Assembly (NCBI GenBank): GCA_965655095.1
Contig: OZ296653.1
Span: 77,314,001-77,378,000 of the forward strand
Direction: 5' to 3'
From: Haplodiscus bocki
Taxonomy: Eukaryota
DNA: 64,000 nucleotides
Shown here piece by piece: positions 63,143-64,000 of this stretch; the stretch's first letter is position 1; the number at the start of each line of letters is the position of its first letter. The notes below the pieces were generated by a model. It did not search any database. It was not told the DNA's origin and saw nothing but the letters and a program-made list of their open reading frames with translations. The translations under genes were made by a program, and so were the position numbers.

Positions 63143-64000
63143 ATTGATGTGACAAATATTAATTATGATTATGATAAATGTACAAATGATTGTACAAACA
63201 ATGAAAATAATATTGATATTTATATACCAGCATTTTTTACTACAACTCCATGTGGTCTATCTTTTTTATGCTTAATGAGGTTGATGGCGTACACATTAAT
63301 TAAACCTTTTTGGAAATTCAAATAATTCAAATTATTGATACAAGTGTAATAATAATTAAAAGTATTCACACAAGTTTAAGGATAGTTATATCAAAATTCG
63401 TTTTTGAACAGTTGTTTTTAAAAAAGTTATTTATATTCGAATAGTATTTGTACAAATATAAGAACATTTCTTATTTGAATAGGTGTAATTATACTATAGA
63501 TCAACAGGTGATAGTAAATTATATCAAATACTACATTTTCTCCGTACTCGTAAGATATGCTTCAACAAATACCGGTCAGTGAATTTTTGTTTTTCCCTTG
63601 GTTGAAAAATTGGTGACTACTACACAGTTTTTCATGGATGTCTCCATGAATACTTATTCCATTGAGTTCAAATAAAAACTGATGTAAACCTAATTGAATT
63701 GAGAATTTTGTTTCGAGAAAAAAGTTGAAAAAAGTTGAACTCACCATCTTACTATGGTATACTCAGAGCTTGTCCGTCTCAATCAAAATCAAAACATCAT
63801 AGTTTAATTAGCCTACCCTGAAAGTTTCAGCTTCATATCTATCATAATTTTTGAGAAAAACAAAATTGAAAAAGATCAAAGGTTTAAACCTAAATGAAAA
63901 CCACCTGCGAGTGAACTCTTTTTTTCCCACGGTATATACAGATCAAGAAATCAACGAATATTTGAGCTACAGAAAAGTTATTTATACCATATAAACGGTC

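Larger units (their letters stand above)
47487..64000. mobile_element. Left end of a Maverick/Polinton-like element, continuing beyond the window
   Basis: Abrupt switch from the flanking repeat at AGTAGTCTCTCGCTATCGCTCGCG (AGTAGT is the canonical Polinton terminus), then very AT-rich DNA packed with intron-less small ORFs. No pPolB, integrase or ATPase is visible in the window. Confidence 0.5.
47821..64000 (+). repeat. Tandem array of a multi-ORF cassette: 6 complete units plus a partial seventh
   Basis: The marker GGTCAGTGAATTTTTG (or a variant) occurs at 47821, 51362, 53379, 55901, 58725, 61123 and 63574, giving units of about 3.54, 2.02, 2.52, 2.82, 2.40 and 2.45 kb. Confidence 0.95.

Overview
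Eukaryotic, AT-rich, repeat-dominated animal DNA with one 200-N scaffold gap (9717-9916). I found no confidently intact host gene, rRNA, true tRNA or CRISPR array. The repeat families resemble ones I recall from acoel-type marine invertebrate genomes; this is recollection, not verified. Bases 1-47.5 kb are a patchwork of decayed mobile elements. These include Ty3/Gypsy gag-protease and integrase remnants, a near full-length decayed CRE-clade (RLE-type) non-LTR retrotransposon with a PHD-like N-terminus (3915-6760, -), Helentron/DINE-like elements with internal tandem repeats, a 112-bp foldback, and a decayed Maverick/Polinton capsid-gene module (about 37.2-41.0 kb, -). There are also five diverged copies of a ~1.6-kb solo LTR that carries a TATA box, E2F-like sites and the first ~130 codons of an ORF (MATLRNKRKL...). 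From an AGTAGT Maverick-type terminus at 47487 to the window end lies the most unusual structure: a head-to-tail array of at least 6 copies of a 2.0-3.5-kb, very AT-rich, intron-less, virus-like multi-gene cassette. Each cassette has a divergent pair of apparently paralogous ORFs plus a small single-TM protein ORF, and two units carry extra ORFs. All protein family assignments come from manual translation and motif recognition, not from database searches.
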